Assembly: GCF_038562415.1 (NCBI RefSeq)
Contig: NZ_JBCFBA010000027.1
Coordinates: 1,847 to 65,846 of the forward strand
Source: Solidesulfovibrio sp.
GTDB taxonomy: Bacteria; Desulfobacterota; Desulfovibrionia; Desulfovibrionales; Desulfovibrionaceae
DNA length: 64,000 nt
Direction of reading: 5' to 3'
Position numbers and translations under genes: made by a program. Below, piece by piece: positions 36,899 to 45,231 of this stretch. Position 1 is the first letter of the stretch. The number at the start of each line of letters is the position of its first letter. Below the pieces are notes generated by a model. That model saw only the letters and a list, made by a program, of their open reading frames with translations. It was not told where the DNA came from and did no database searches.

Positions 36899-37624
36899 TC
36901 AGGAAGTTTTCCGGCCTCCCCGGGGATCGGGCCGGCGCAGGCGGTCGGCGGCGACCGGAGCGGAAGCCGGATAGATGGGATTGGCCCGGGTCCACCAGCC
37001 GTCCACGGGCGCGGCGGCGAATTCCAGGCGCCCGATGTACTTGGCGCCCTTGTAGGCCAGGTCGAAGGGGCACACCAGGCGCAACGGCGCGCCGTGGTCG
37101 ATGGGCAAGGGCTCGCCGGCCAGGGTCAGGGCCAGCAGGTAGGCCAGGTCGGGGTCGAGGAGGTCGGCCAGGGGCAGGCACTCGACATAATGGTCCAGGC
37201 CCCCCGGGCGCGAGCGGGTCCGGCCGAGGCTGTGGAAGACGACGTAGCGGGCCTCGGGCGCCGGGCCGGCCAGGTCGGCCAGGGTTTTCAGGCGCAGGCC
37301 GCCCCAGGCCAGGTCGGCCACGGACCAGCCCTCGACACAATGGAAATCCGAAACCTGCCGCTCCTGGGGCAGGGCCGCAAGGGCGTCGTAGGCCAGGCGC
37401 AACGGCCGGGCGACCAGCCCGTCCACGACCAGGGCGTAGGGCGTTGGCGGGCCCTTGTCGTGGGTCACCACCCCCTTGGCCGGGTCGAAGCCGAAATCCT
37501 CGACCTCCACGGCGCGCACGGGAAAAAACGAGACGAACCGGGCCCAGGCCTCGCCGGCGAAACGGCCGCAAAGCGCCGCCCCGGCCACGAACACCAAAAA
37601 CACCCTTCGCGTGATTCCTGCCAT
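36899..37624 (-). CDS. Tat-exported molybdopterin-dependent oxidoreductase (sulfite oxidase/MsrP family), 241 aa
   Basis: TRRVFL Tat-like signal; DFHCVEGWS Mo-ligating Cys; HGAPLRLV; YKGAKY; GWW. Confidence 0.85.
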   Translation of the reverse strand: MAGITRRVFLVFVAGAALCGRFAGEAWARFVSFFPVRAVEVEDFGFDPAKGVVTHDKGPPTPYALVVDGLVARPLRLAYDALAALPQERQVSDFHCVEGWSVADLAWGGLRLKTLADLAGPAPEARYVVFHSLGRTRSRPGGLDHYVECLPLADLLDPDLAYLLALTLAGEPLPIDHGAPLRLVCPFDLAYKGAKYIGRLEFAAAPVDGWWTRANPIYPASAPVAADRLRRPDPRGGRKTS

Positions 37625-37686
37625 AGGGAGACTCCTTCTCCCCATGTACGCGACATCCGCCCCTCGAAGCAATCAAAACCCCACTT

Positions 37687-37744
37687 CCCGTACGGGGAGG
37701 GTCCGGGAGGGGGTCACCCCCTCCCGGCCGCCGGAGGCATCTTC
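37687..37744 (-). repeat. REP-like element copy overlapping the PqqD-like gene C-terminus
   Basis: Minus strand gaagatgcctccggcgg-ccgggaggggg-tga-ccccctcccgg-accctccccgtacggga; the loop TGA (37714-37716) is the gene stop. Confidence 0.88.
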
Positions 37745-38169
37745 TCTCCCGTCTCCCGCTCTCCCGTCTCCGTCTCCCCTCCCGCCACGGCCACGGCGCC
37801 GCGCCGGCCGAGCTGGCGCAGGAAGGCGGCCACGGCCAGCTCGGCCTCGCGGGCATCCAGGCCGTAGCGCGCGGCCAGGGCGGCGGCGATGTCCCCGGCC
37901 GTGCGCCGGCCGTCGATGAGCCGCCACACGGCCGAGCCCATGGCGTCGAGTTCCACGGTTTTGCGCAGCACCCGGCCGTCCCACAGCCCCAGCCGCCGGG
38001 CCAGGCCGGACAGGGCCGGCCGCACGGCCACGGGCAGCGACAGCCGCACCAGCCCGTCGGCCGTCTCGGCGACGCCCACGTCGCGGCTGGCCACGGGGCG
38101 CAGGGCCAGGGCCTGGCGGCGGGTCAGCCCGCCCTCGGCCGGCGGGGCGGGCTTTTTAAAGGGAAACAC
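37714..38169 (-). CDS. PqqD/RRE-like domain protein
   Basis: VELDAMGSAVWRLIDGRRTAGDIAAALAARY...FLRQLGRRGAV winged-helix pattern of PqqD; overlaps the upstream gene by 14 bp. Confidence 0.75.
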   Translation of the reverse strand: MFPFKKPAPPAEGGLTRRQALALRPVASRDVGVAETADGLVRLSLPVAVRPALSGLARRLGLWDGRVLRKTVELDAMGSAVWRLIDGRRTAGDIAAALAARYGLDAREAELAVAAFLRQLGRRGAVAVAGGETETGERETGEKMPPAAGRG

Positions 38170-39040
38170 AGGCCGCCGCCGTTTCGGAGAGCCAGTCGCG
38201 GTCCACGGGCGCCCGGGCGGTCAGGGCCGCGCCCAGGAGCTTGTTGACGTTTTTGTCGTGACGCAGGACCGCCAGCCGCCCTTCCCGGCCCAGGCACCGG
38301 GCCAGAACGTCCACGAAGCCCCTGTCCTGGCGCCGGGCCAGCCAGACCGCCGGACAGCCGGCCTGGGTCCCCTGCTCCCGCCGCGCGCCGGTCTCGCAGC
38401 CGAAGGTCCGGGCGGCCACGTCGCCGAGGCGCTCGCGGGCCAGGATGACCTCGGCCGGGGCCAGGCGCACGACGTCCAGGCGACGGCCCCGATCGGCGAA
38501 GGTGAGGGAAAACCGCCCCGGCTGGAACTCGAAGGCGGCCAGGGAAAAGCCCTCGGGCGCGGCGAAGGACAGGCCGTAGAGCTGAAACCGCGCCGGCCCG
38601 GGCTCGTGGTGCGTAAGGCTTGCCAGCACGGCGGCCACGGCGGCCCGCCGCGCCGCGTCCGGCCCCTCCCGGCCGCCGTAGGCCTGGAACACGGCGGCCA
38701 GGCCGCATTCGGGACAAAAAAGGGCCGCCCCCAGGCCGGCGTGCCCGTCCGTGTGCCAGGAAAGGGGCATGAGCTCGAAAGCGGCCAGGGCGTCGCGCCA
38801 GGACTCGGGCAACGCCGCGCCGGCCCTGGCCCGGCCCTTGGGGGTCAGGGCGGTGAGCGCCGCCTCCATGCCGTCGCGGCCGGCGCCCCGGCGCCATTTG
38901 CACTCGAAGGCCGGGCCGTCGGCGTCCTCGAAGTAGAGGTAGCCCAGGCCCAGCCGGGCCGGGTGCCAATCGGCCGGGACGGACAGGCCCACGCCGTTCC
39001 AGGCCAGGGGGACGGTGACGGTTTTGTCGGTGTGGCGCAT
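38156..39040 (-). CDS. Conserved hypothetical protein, 294 aa
   Basis: LAWNGVGLSVPADWHP...; coupled to the PqqD-like gene; typical codon usage. Confidence 0.7.
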   Translation of the reverse strand: MRHTDKTVTVPLAWNGVGLSVPADWHPARLGLGYLYFEDADGPAFECKWRRGAGRDGMEAALTALTPKGRARAGAALPESWRDALAAFELMPLSWHTDGHAGLGAALFCPECGLAAVFQAYGGREGPDAARRAAVAAVLASLTHHEPGPARFQLYGLSFAAPEGFSLAAFEFQPGRFSLTFADRGRRLDVVRLAPAEVILARERLGDVAARTFGCETGARREQGTQAGCPAVWLARRQDRGFVDVLARCLGREGRLAVLRHDKNVNKLLGAALTARAPVDRDWLSETAAACVSL

Positions 39041-39084
39041 GGGGGCAGTCTAGGCCAGGGCCGGGACAAGGCGCAAGCGGGGGC

Positions 39085-39411
39085 TCACGGGCGCGGCCCG
39101 AGCAGGATGACGCCGCTGCCGACCAGGCACAGGGCCACGCCGGCCAGGTCGAAACGGTCGGGCCGCTGGCCCTCGACCAGCCACAGCCAGGCCAGGGATG
39201 CAAAAATGTAGATACCGCCATAGGCGGCGAAGATGCGGCCGGCGGCGGCGGCCTCGACCCGGGTGAGCGCCCAGGCGAAGACGAGGAGCGAGGCGAGGCC
39301 GGGCAGGGTCCACAAGGGGGAGCGCCCCAGGCGCAGCCAGGCGTAGAAGGCGTAACAGCCGCCGATTTCGGCCAGGGCGGCCAGGAAATACCAGGCGGTG
39401 GCGCGCAGCAT
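39085..39411 (-). CDS. ynfA: YnfA/UPF0060 family small membrane protein
   Basis: [36 protein letters not shown]. Confidence 0.88.
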   Translation of the reverse strand: MLRATAWYFLAALAEIGGCYAFYAWLRLGRSPLWTLPGLASLLVFAWALTRVEAAAAGRIFAAYGGIYIFASLAWLWLVEGQRPDRFDLAGVALCLVGSGVILLGPRP

Positions 39412-39731
39412 GGGGGCATGATGCGGCAAGGCGAGACGTCTGTCCAGGGGGGGAGGAGGCGGGCGGCTGCCCCGGCGGGATTACATTACCGAACAGAAAG
39501 GATCCGTTGTCCATGCAACGGAGGGGCATTTCATTACAAACTGACAATTACGTCAATCATTGCAAACATGAAATGTTACAAACCGGTCTCTTTACGGTAA
39601 GGATCGCTGAAAAAAGAAGAGACAACCGACGAGGTTGCCGCATCGTTGCGACAAAGTTGCATACGTTTGACGACACATGCGACACTCTTGTCCCTAAACA
39701 AGCGGGCCGGACAAGCCGGACCATCGGGCGC

Positions 39732-39760
39732 TTCCTTGGATCGCCCATGATTCCAAGGAA
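39732..39760. promoter_or_regulatory. Inverted repeat just upstream of the amt promoter
   Basis: ttccttgga-N11-tccaaggaa. Confidence 0.4.
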
Positions 39761-39770
39761 AAACAACCTC

Positions 39771-39786
39771 TGGTTCGGGCTTTGCA
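39771..39786 (+). promoter_or_regulatory. Putative sigma54 promoter of amt-glnK
   Basis: TGGTTCGGGCTTTGCA = GG-N10-GC with TTGCA -12 box. Confidence 0.55.
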
Positions 39787-39950
39787 AAATCCTTGTCATT
39801 GCGGCGAGGCACCATTTTACAAGCGGAGGGGAATCATGACTGCCGGAATCGATTCTTCATAGCCCGTCGGACCCATACGGCTTGTGCGGGAAACGCTGCC
39901 CCAAGGCCCCGGCGCATCCGCCCGGGAAAACCACGGACGTGGAGAAGAAC

Positions 39951-41534
39951 ATGAAAAAAGGCATCCATCTGTTGCTCCTGGCCCTGTTGACCGTCACACT
40001 GGCCTTGCCGCTTTCGGCCCTGGCCGACGACGCCCCGGCCCCCACCCCGGATCCCTCGGGCGCCTCCATCGGCACCGCCGCCGACATCGTCGGCATGTCC
40101 GCCGGCGCGCCCACCAAGGAAGACCTGGCCACCCTGGCCGAAAAGGAACCCCTGGCCGCCAAGGTGGCCGACGCGGTCGGACACAACCGCATCTCCATCA
40201 ACTTCGTCTGGACGCTCGTTTGCGGCTTCCTGGTCATGTTCATGCAGGCCGGCTTCGCCCTGGCCGAGACGGGCTTCACCCGGGCCAAAAACGCCGGCCA
40301 CACCATGGCCATGAATTTCATGGTCTACGGCATCGGCATGCTCGGCTACTGGATCTGCGGCTTCGCCCTGCAGATGGGCGGCGTGGGCGGCGTGGCCAGC
40401 CTCGGCGGCGCCCAGGTGCTGGCCAACGAGGTTTCCATCAACATCGGCGGCAACGACTTCGGCATCTTCGGGGCCACCGGCTTCTTCCTGTCCGGCGTGT
40501 CCTACGACGCGGTGGTGTTTACCCTGTTCCTGTTCCAGATGGTCTTCATGGATACCACCGCCACCATCCCCACCGGCACCATGGCCGAGCGCTGGACGTT
40601 CAAGTCCTTCGTGGTCTACGCCTTCTTCATCTCCATGTTCGTCTATCCGCTCTACGCCAACTGGGTCTGGGGCGGCGGCTGGCTGTCCACGCTCGGCAAG
40701 TACTTCGCCCTGGGCCACGGCACGGTGGACTTCGCCGGCTCCTCGGTGGTGCACATGACCGGCGGCGTGGCCGCCCTGGCCGGCGGCCTGATCCTCGGGC
40801 CGCGCCTGGGCAAGTACAAGCCCGACGGCACCCCCAATGCCCTGCCCGGCCACCACATCCCCATGGCCGTGACCGGCTGCTTCATCCTGGCCTTCGGCTG
40901 GTTCGGCTTCAACGCCGGCTCCTCCCTGGCCGGCACGGACCTGCGCATCGGCGTGGTCGCCGCCAACACCATGCTGGCCTCGGCCGCCGGCGCGTTCTCC
41001 GCCATGCTGTACATGTGGACCTTCTACGGCAAGCCCGACATCTCCATGATCGCCAACGGCTTCCTGGCCGGCCTGGTGGCCATCACCGCGCCGTGCGCCT
41101 TCGTCAATTCCGTCTCGGCCGTCATCATCGGCGCCATCGCCGGCATGCTGCTGTGCGCCAGCGTCTTCTTCGTCGAGCGCACGCTCAAGATCGACGACCC
41201 GGTGGGCGCCATCTCGGTCCACGGCGTCAACGGCGCCTTCGGCCTGCTTTCCGTCGGCCTTTTCGCCGACGGCACCTACGGCGACGCCTTAAACGGCGTG
41301 GACGGCACGGTGAAGGGCCTGTTCTACGGCGACGGCGGCCAGCTCATGGCCCAGCTCATCGGCATCTGCACCAACTTTGTCTTTGTCTTCCTGGTGATGT
41401 ATGTCTTTTTCAAGGTGCTCAACCTCATCACCCCGCTTCGCGTGAAGCCGGAGTACGAGCTTGAGGGCCTGGACCAGCACGAAGTGGCCGTGACCGCCTA
41501 TCCGGAATTCGTCCTGCAGAAAACCCACCGGTAA
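39951..41534 (+). CDS. amtB: Ammonium transporter, 527 aa
   Basis: FMQAGFALAE, FQMVF, MAER, DFAGSSVVH, WFGFNAGS, DDPVGAISVHG; N-terminal signal/extension. Confidence 0.95.
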   Translation: MKKGIHLLLLALLTVTLALPLSALADDAPAPTPDPSGASIGTAADIVGMSAGAPTKEDLATLAEKEPLAAKVADAVGHNRISINFVWTLVCGFLVMFMQAGFALAETGFTRAKNAGHTMAMNFMVYGIGMLGYWICGFALQMGGVGGVASLGGAQVLANEVSINIGGNDFGIFGATGFFLSGVSYDAVVFTLFLFQMVFMDTTATIPTGTMAERWTFKSFVVYAFFISMFVYPLYANWVWGGGWLSTLGKYFALGHGTVDFAGSSVVHMTGGVAALAGGLILGPRLGKYKPDGTPNALPGHHIPMAVTGCFILAFGWFGFNAGSSLAGTDLRIGVVAANTMLASAAGAFSAMLYMWTFYGKPDISMIANGFLAGLVAITAPCAFVNSVSAVIIGAIAGMLLCASVFFVERTLKIDDPVGAISVHGVNGAFGLLSVGLFADGTYGDALNGVDGTVKGLFYGDGGQLMAQLIGICTNFVFVFLVMYVFFKVLNLITPLRVKPEYELEGLDQHEVAVTAYPEFVLQKTHR

Positions 41535-41888
<354 letters not shown>

Positions 41889-41903
41889 CGGCTGGGTTTC
41901 CCC

Positions 41904-41936
41904 GTTGGGGGGGCGGGCACGCACCCGCCCCCCAAC
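41904..41936 (+). terminator. Strong GC hairpin after glnK
   Basis: gttgggggggcggg-cacgca-cccgccccccaac; lacks a clear U-tract. Confidence 0.45.
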
Positions 41937-42020
41937 CCCAACGCCGCCAGCCACGGATTTGACTTAGGTCATGTTCCCGCCGGCCCGGGCGAGGCAGGTT
42001 CGGTGCCGGAGGAAACGACC

Positions 42021-42647
42021 ATGCCCCGACCCGAAGGCCCCCTGGCCCCGCCCCCTTCCCTGTCCGACGCGGACATCCTCGCCGCCATGCGCCAGGCCGG
42101 CGGCTACCTGGACATCGCCCCGGCCGACGCCCTGGCCCTGTACCGGCTGGCCTACGCCCACGCGGCGGCCCGCCTGGCCCGAGACGTGCCCGTGGCGGCC
42201 ATCATGACCGAAACCGTGACCGTGATCGACCCGCAAGCCGACGCCCTGACGGCGGCGCGCCGCATGGCCGAGGCCGGCGTGTCCGGCCTGCCCGTGGTGG
42301 ACGGCGAAACCGTGGTGGGCGTGCTGTCCGTGCGCGACCTGCTGCGCCACCTGCGCCTGCCCATGGACGCCGGCGTGGCGGCCGTGGCGGCCCGGCTGCT
42401 GGACCCGGCCGCCTGTTTGGCCCCGACGCCCGAAGCCGACGCCGGCCGAACGCCCGTCGCTACCCTCATGACCAGCCCGGCGCTGGTCATCGCCCGCGAG
42501 GCCAGCCGCCTGGAGGCGGCCCGGCGCATGACCGAACGCCGGGTCAACCGGCTGCCCGTGGTGGACGCCGGCCGGCTGTGCGGCATCGTCAGCCGCGGCG
42601 ACGTGGTGCGTTCCTGCCGGGGCATGGGGGGAGGCTGCGGGCTATGA
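42021..42647 (+). CDS. CBS-pair domain protein
   Basis: GVSGLPVVDG...GVLSVRDL and RVNRLPVVD...GIVSRGDV; GGAGG RBS. Confidence 0.88.
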   Translation: MPRPEGPLAPPPSLSDADILAAMRQAGGYLDIAPADALALYRLAYAHAAARLARDVPVAAIMTETVTVIDPQADALTAARRMAEAGVSGLPVVDGETVVGVLSVRDLLRHLRLPMDAGVAAVAARLLDPAACLAPTPEADAGRTPVATLMTSPALVIAREASRLEAARRMTERRVNRLPVVDAGRLCGIVSRGDVVRSCRGMGGGCGL

Positions 42648-43180
42648 ACCTTTTGGGCAAAATGCGCGGCGGCGGTTCCAATCCGCCCCGGGTGGGGCTG
42701 GCCGAAACCGCCTGGTCGTTTTTCGGGGCCGCCGTGGGCATCGGCCTGGTGGCCTGGCTGCACGAGGACGTGGTCGGCCCGGCCGGGCTGCCGTTTCTGA
42801 TCGGCTCCTTCGGGGCCTCGGCCGTGCTGCTCTACGGCGCGCCGGCAAGCCCCCTGGCCCAGCCGCGAAACGTCCTGGGCGGCCATTTCCTGTCGGCGCT
42901 CGTGAGCGTGGCCGCGCGGTCGCTCCTGCCCGGGCCGGGCTGGCTGGTCTGCGCCCTGGCCGTGGCCGGGGCCATTGCGCTGATGCACGCAACCGGCACC
43001 CTCCATCCGCCCGGCGGGGCCACGGCGCTGATCGCCGTCACCGGCGGCCCGAGCATCGTCGCCCTGGGCTACCTCTTCGCCCTGGTTCCGGCCCTGTCCG
43101 GCGCGTCCGTGATGCTGGCCGTGGCCCTTTTGGCCAACAACCTGGCTCCCCGGCGGCGCTATCCCCAATACTGGCGCTAA
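42644..43180 (+). CDS. HPP family membrane protein
   Basis: GSFGASAVLLY, SPLAQPRNVLGGH, HPPGGATAL. Confidence 0.92.
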   Translation: MNLLGKMRGGGSNPPRVGLAETAWSFFGAAVGIGLVAWLHEDVVGPAGLPFLIGSFGASAVLLYGAPASPLAQPRNVLGGHFLSALVSVAARSLLPGPGWLVCALAVAGAIALMHATGTLHPPGGATALIAVTGGPSIVALGYLFALVPALSGASVMLAVALLANNLAPRRRYPQYWR

Positions 43181-43716
43181 TGCCCGCCCGCGGCCAGTTC
43201 CAAGACCATCTTGAGGCTCTCGCGCGGCACGGTGTAGCGGGCGTCGGGCACGCGTTCGACGATGCGAAAGCCGGCTTTTTCGTAAAGCCGCCGCGAGGCC
43301 GGCAGCCCGTCCACGGTCCACAGGAACACCCGGCCAAAGCCGCGTTCCCGGCACCAGGCCAGGGCCCGGTCGAGGAGCGCCTTGCCCAGGCCCCGGCCGT
43401 GCCAGTGCGGGTCCACGATGAAAAACCGCAACTGCGCGCCGTCGGGGCTTTGCTTGCGGCCGAGGATGGCCACCGACCCGACCAGCCGCTCGCCGGCATA
43501 GGCCCCGAGCATGAGGTCGCGGGCCGGATCGTAGCCCTCCATGAAGGCGCACATGTCGCGGGTGGCCAGAATCTCGAAGGGCGCGCCCGCGCCCCAGGCC
43601 TTGGCGTAGTAGCGCCCGTGCAGCTCGCCCACCCGGCCGACCACACCCGGTTCATAGCCGCAGCGGATGGCCACGTCGCCTCCATCCCTTTGTTTCGCGC
43701 CCGTTTCCGCCGTCAT
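43177..43716 (-). CDS. GNAT family N-acetyltransferase
   Basis: AQLRFFIVDPHWHGRGLGKAL, VFLWTVDGLPASRRLYEKAGF. Confidence 0.88.
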   Translation of the reverse strand: MTAETGAKQRDGGDVAIRCGYEPGVVGRVGELHGRYYAKAWGAGAPFEILATRDMCAFMEGYDPARDLMLGAYAGERLVGSVAILGRKQSPDGAQLRFFIVDPHWHGRGLGKALLDRALAWCRERGFGRVFLWTVDGLPASRRLYEKAGFRIVERVPDARYTVPRESLKMVLELAAGGH

Positions 43717-44522
43717 CACCGTCCCTCCGTAAGGGGGTTCGCCCCCTGCCACAGGTGTTCGAAGGCCAGGCCCAGCATGGAGGCCACGCCCCGGTTGTGG
43801 ATGACCACCGCCGTGAAGCGCGCCGCGCCGCCGGCCGGGTCCTGCATGGACAGCAGCACGCTCTCGTCGTCGAAAATCTGCATCTTGAGCGGCAGCGCCG
43901 GCACGGTGCGCACGGCCAGGCCCAGGGGCCGCAGCTCCCCCAAAAACGCCGCCAGCGCCCCGTCGGCCAGCACGCCGTCGTCGCACAAGGCCCGATAGGA
44001 CAACCCCCGCCCCAGCGGCACCCGCATGAAGGCCCGGTTCTGCTCCAGGGACAGGATCATGGGCCGGGCAATGGCCGAGGCCACGCTTTTTTGCGCCCCC
44101 TCGGCCAGGGCCAGGGCCCGGCCGGCGATGCGCCTGGGGCCGGAGAGCACCTCCACATAGGCCAGGGGATCGGTCTCGCCCCGGCCGGCGGCGAAGACCG
44201 GCCCCAGGCTGTCGGCCAGTCGGCGGGCCAGGGCGAGGCCGGCCTCGCCCTGCCTGACCAGGGCCGCCTCGCGCTCCCGGGCGAGCAGTTCCAGGGCCGT
44301 GGCCGGGTCCACGGCGGCGAAGGTCCGGGGCGCGCCGTCCCGGGCCAGGCACAGCCCCTTGGCCGCGAGGCTGCCCAGCACGTCGTAGACCCGCTGCCGG
44401 GGAATGGCCGCCCGGGCGGCCACGTCGGCCGAGGTCGGCTCCGCCCGCTCCAGCAAGGCCAGATAGGCCGCCGCCTCGTAGGACGTCAGGCCAAGCCCGG
44501 CCAGTTCCTGCGTATCGATCAC
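43716..44522 (-). CDS. TrmB family transcriptional regulator, 268 aa
   Basis: GLTSYEAAAYLALL...IPRQRVYDVLGSLAAKGL...FAAVDP; C-terminal effector domain KMQIFDDESVLL. Confidence 0.88.
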   Translation of the reverse strand: MIDTQELAGLGLTSYEAAAYLALLERAEPTSADVAARAAIPRQRVYDVLGSLAAKGLCLARDGAPRTFAAVDPATALELLAREREAALVRQGEAGLALARRLADSLGPVFAAGRGETDPLAYVEVLSGPRRIAGRALALAEGAQKSVASAIARPMILSLEQNRAFMRVPLGRGLSYRALCDDGVLADGALAAFLGELRPLGLAVRTVPALPLKMQIFDDESVLLSMQDPAGGAARFTAVVIHNRGVASMLGLAFEHLWQGANPLTEGR

Positions 44523-44526
44523 GTGT

Positions 44527-44576
44527 CACCACCTTCCAGTGGTGTCGAAACTAGCACCACTCAAAAGTGGTGTCAA
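44527..44576 (-). promoter_or_regulatory. Sigma70 promoter overlapped by two CACCAC-N6-GTGGTG operators
   Basis: Minus strand TTGACA (44576-44571), 17 bp, TAGTTT (44553-44548); dyads at 44527-44544 and 44555-44572. Confidence 0.75.
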
Positions 44577-44718
44577 TAACCCGGCTGGCCGGCAAAAGGC
44601 TTGCCTCGCCGCCCCAGGCGCACTATGCACGTTGCGGCGCGAAGCCGCCGGACGACCGCTCCCCAACCGGCCCTCCCTCCTTCGCTTTTCCAGCACACGT
44701 CAGCCCCACGGACACCCC

Positions 44719-45219
44719 ATGGATTTCGCCTCGCCGGCCCAGCTTCTCGGCTACCTGGCCTTTGTCCTCGGCATCGCCGCCTTCGCCCAACGCATCGACT
44801 GGCGGCTCAAGTTCCTGGTGGCCAGCGAATGCCTCATCTACACGGCCCATTTCTTCCTGCTCGGCAACAACGCGGCGGCGGTCAGCGCCCTGCTGTCGGC
44901 CGTGCGCACCTTCGCCTCGCTGAGGACGCGCTCGCCCTGGGTGGCGGGGTTCTTCCTGGCCGCGAACCTCGCCCTCGGCATCGCCGTGGCCGCATCCTGG
45001 ACGGCGGCATTCCCCATCGCCGCCGGGCTGTCCGGCACGGTGGCCGTGTTTTTCCTGCGCGGCATCGGGCTGCGGCTGCTGCTTTTTTGCGCCACCGTGT
45101 GCTGGCTGACCAACAACGTGCTGTCGGGCTCCATCGGCGGCACCTTGCTGGAGGCATGCGTCGCCGTGGTCAACGGCGCGACCATGTGGCGGCTGTGGCG
45201 GGCGGGAAGGCTTCGGTAA
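44719..45219 (+). CDS. YgjV family inner membrane protein
   Basis: QLLGYLAFVLGIAAF..., HFFLLG, WLTNNVLSGSIGG. Confidence 0.8.
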   Translation: MDFASPAQLLGYLAFVLGIAAFAQRIDWRLKFLVASECLIYTAHFFLLGNNAAAVSALLSAVRTFASLRTRSPWVAGFFLAANLALGIAVAASWTAAFPIAAGLSGTVAVFFLRGIGLRLLLFCATVCWLTNNVLSGSIGGTLLEACVAVVNGATMWRLWRAGRLR

Positions 45220-45231
45220 CAGGCGGCCCGG

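Noticed and set aside
3039-37744. Dispersed repeats as a CRISPR array
   Set aside because: Copies are kilobases apart with no regular repeat-spacer period and no cas genes.
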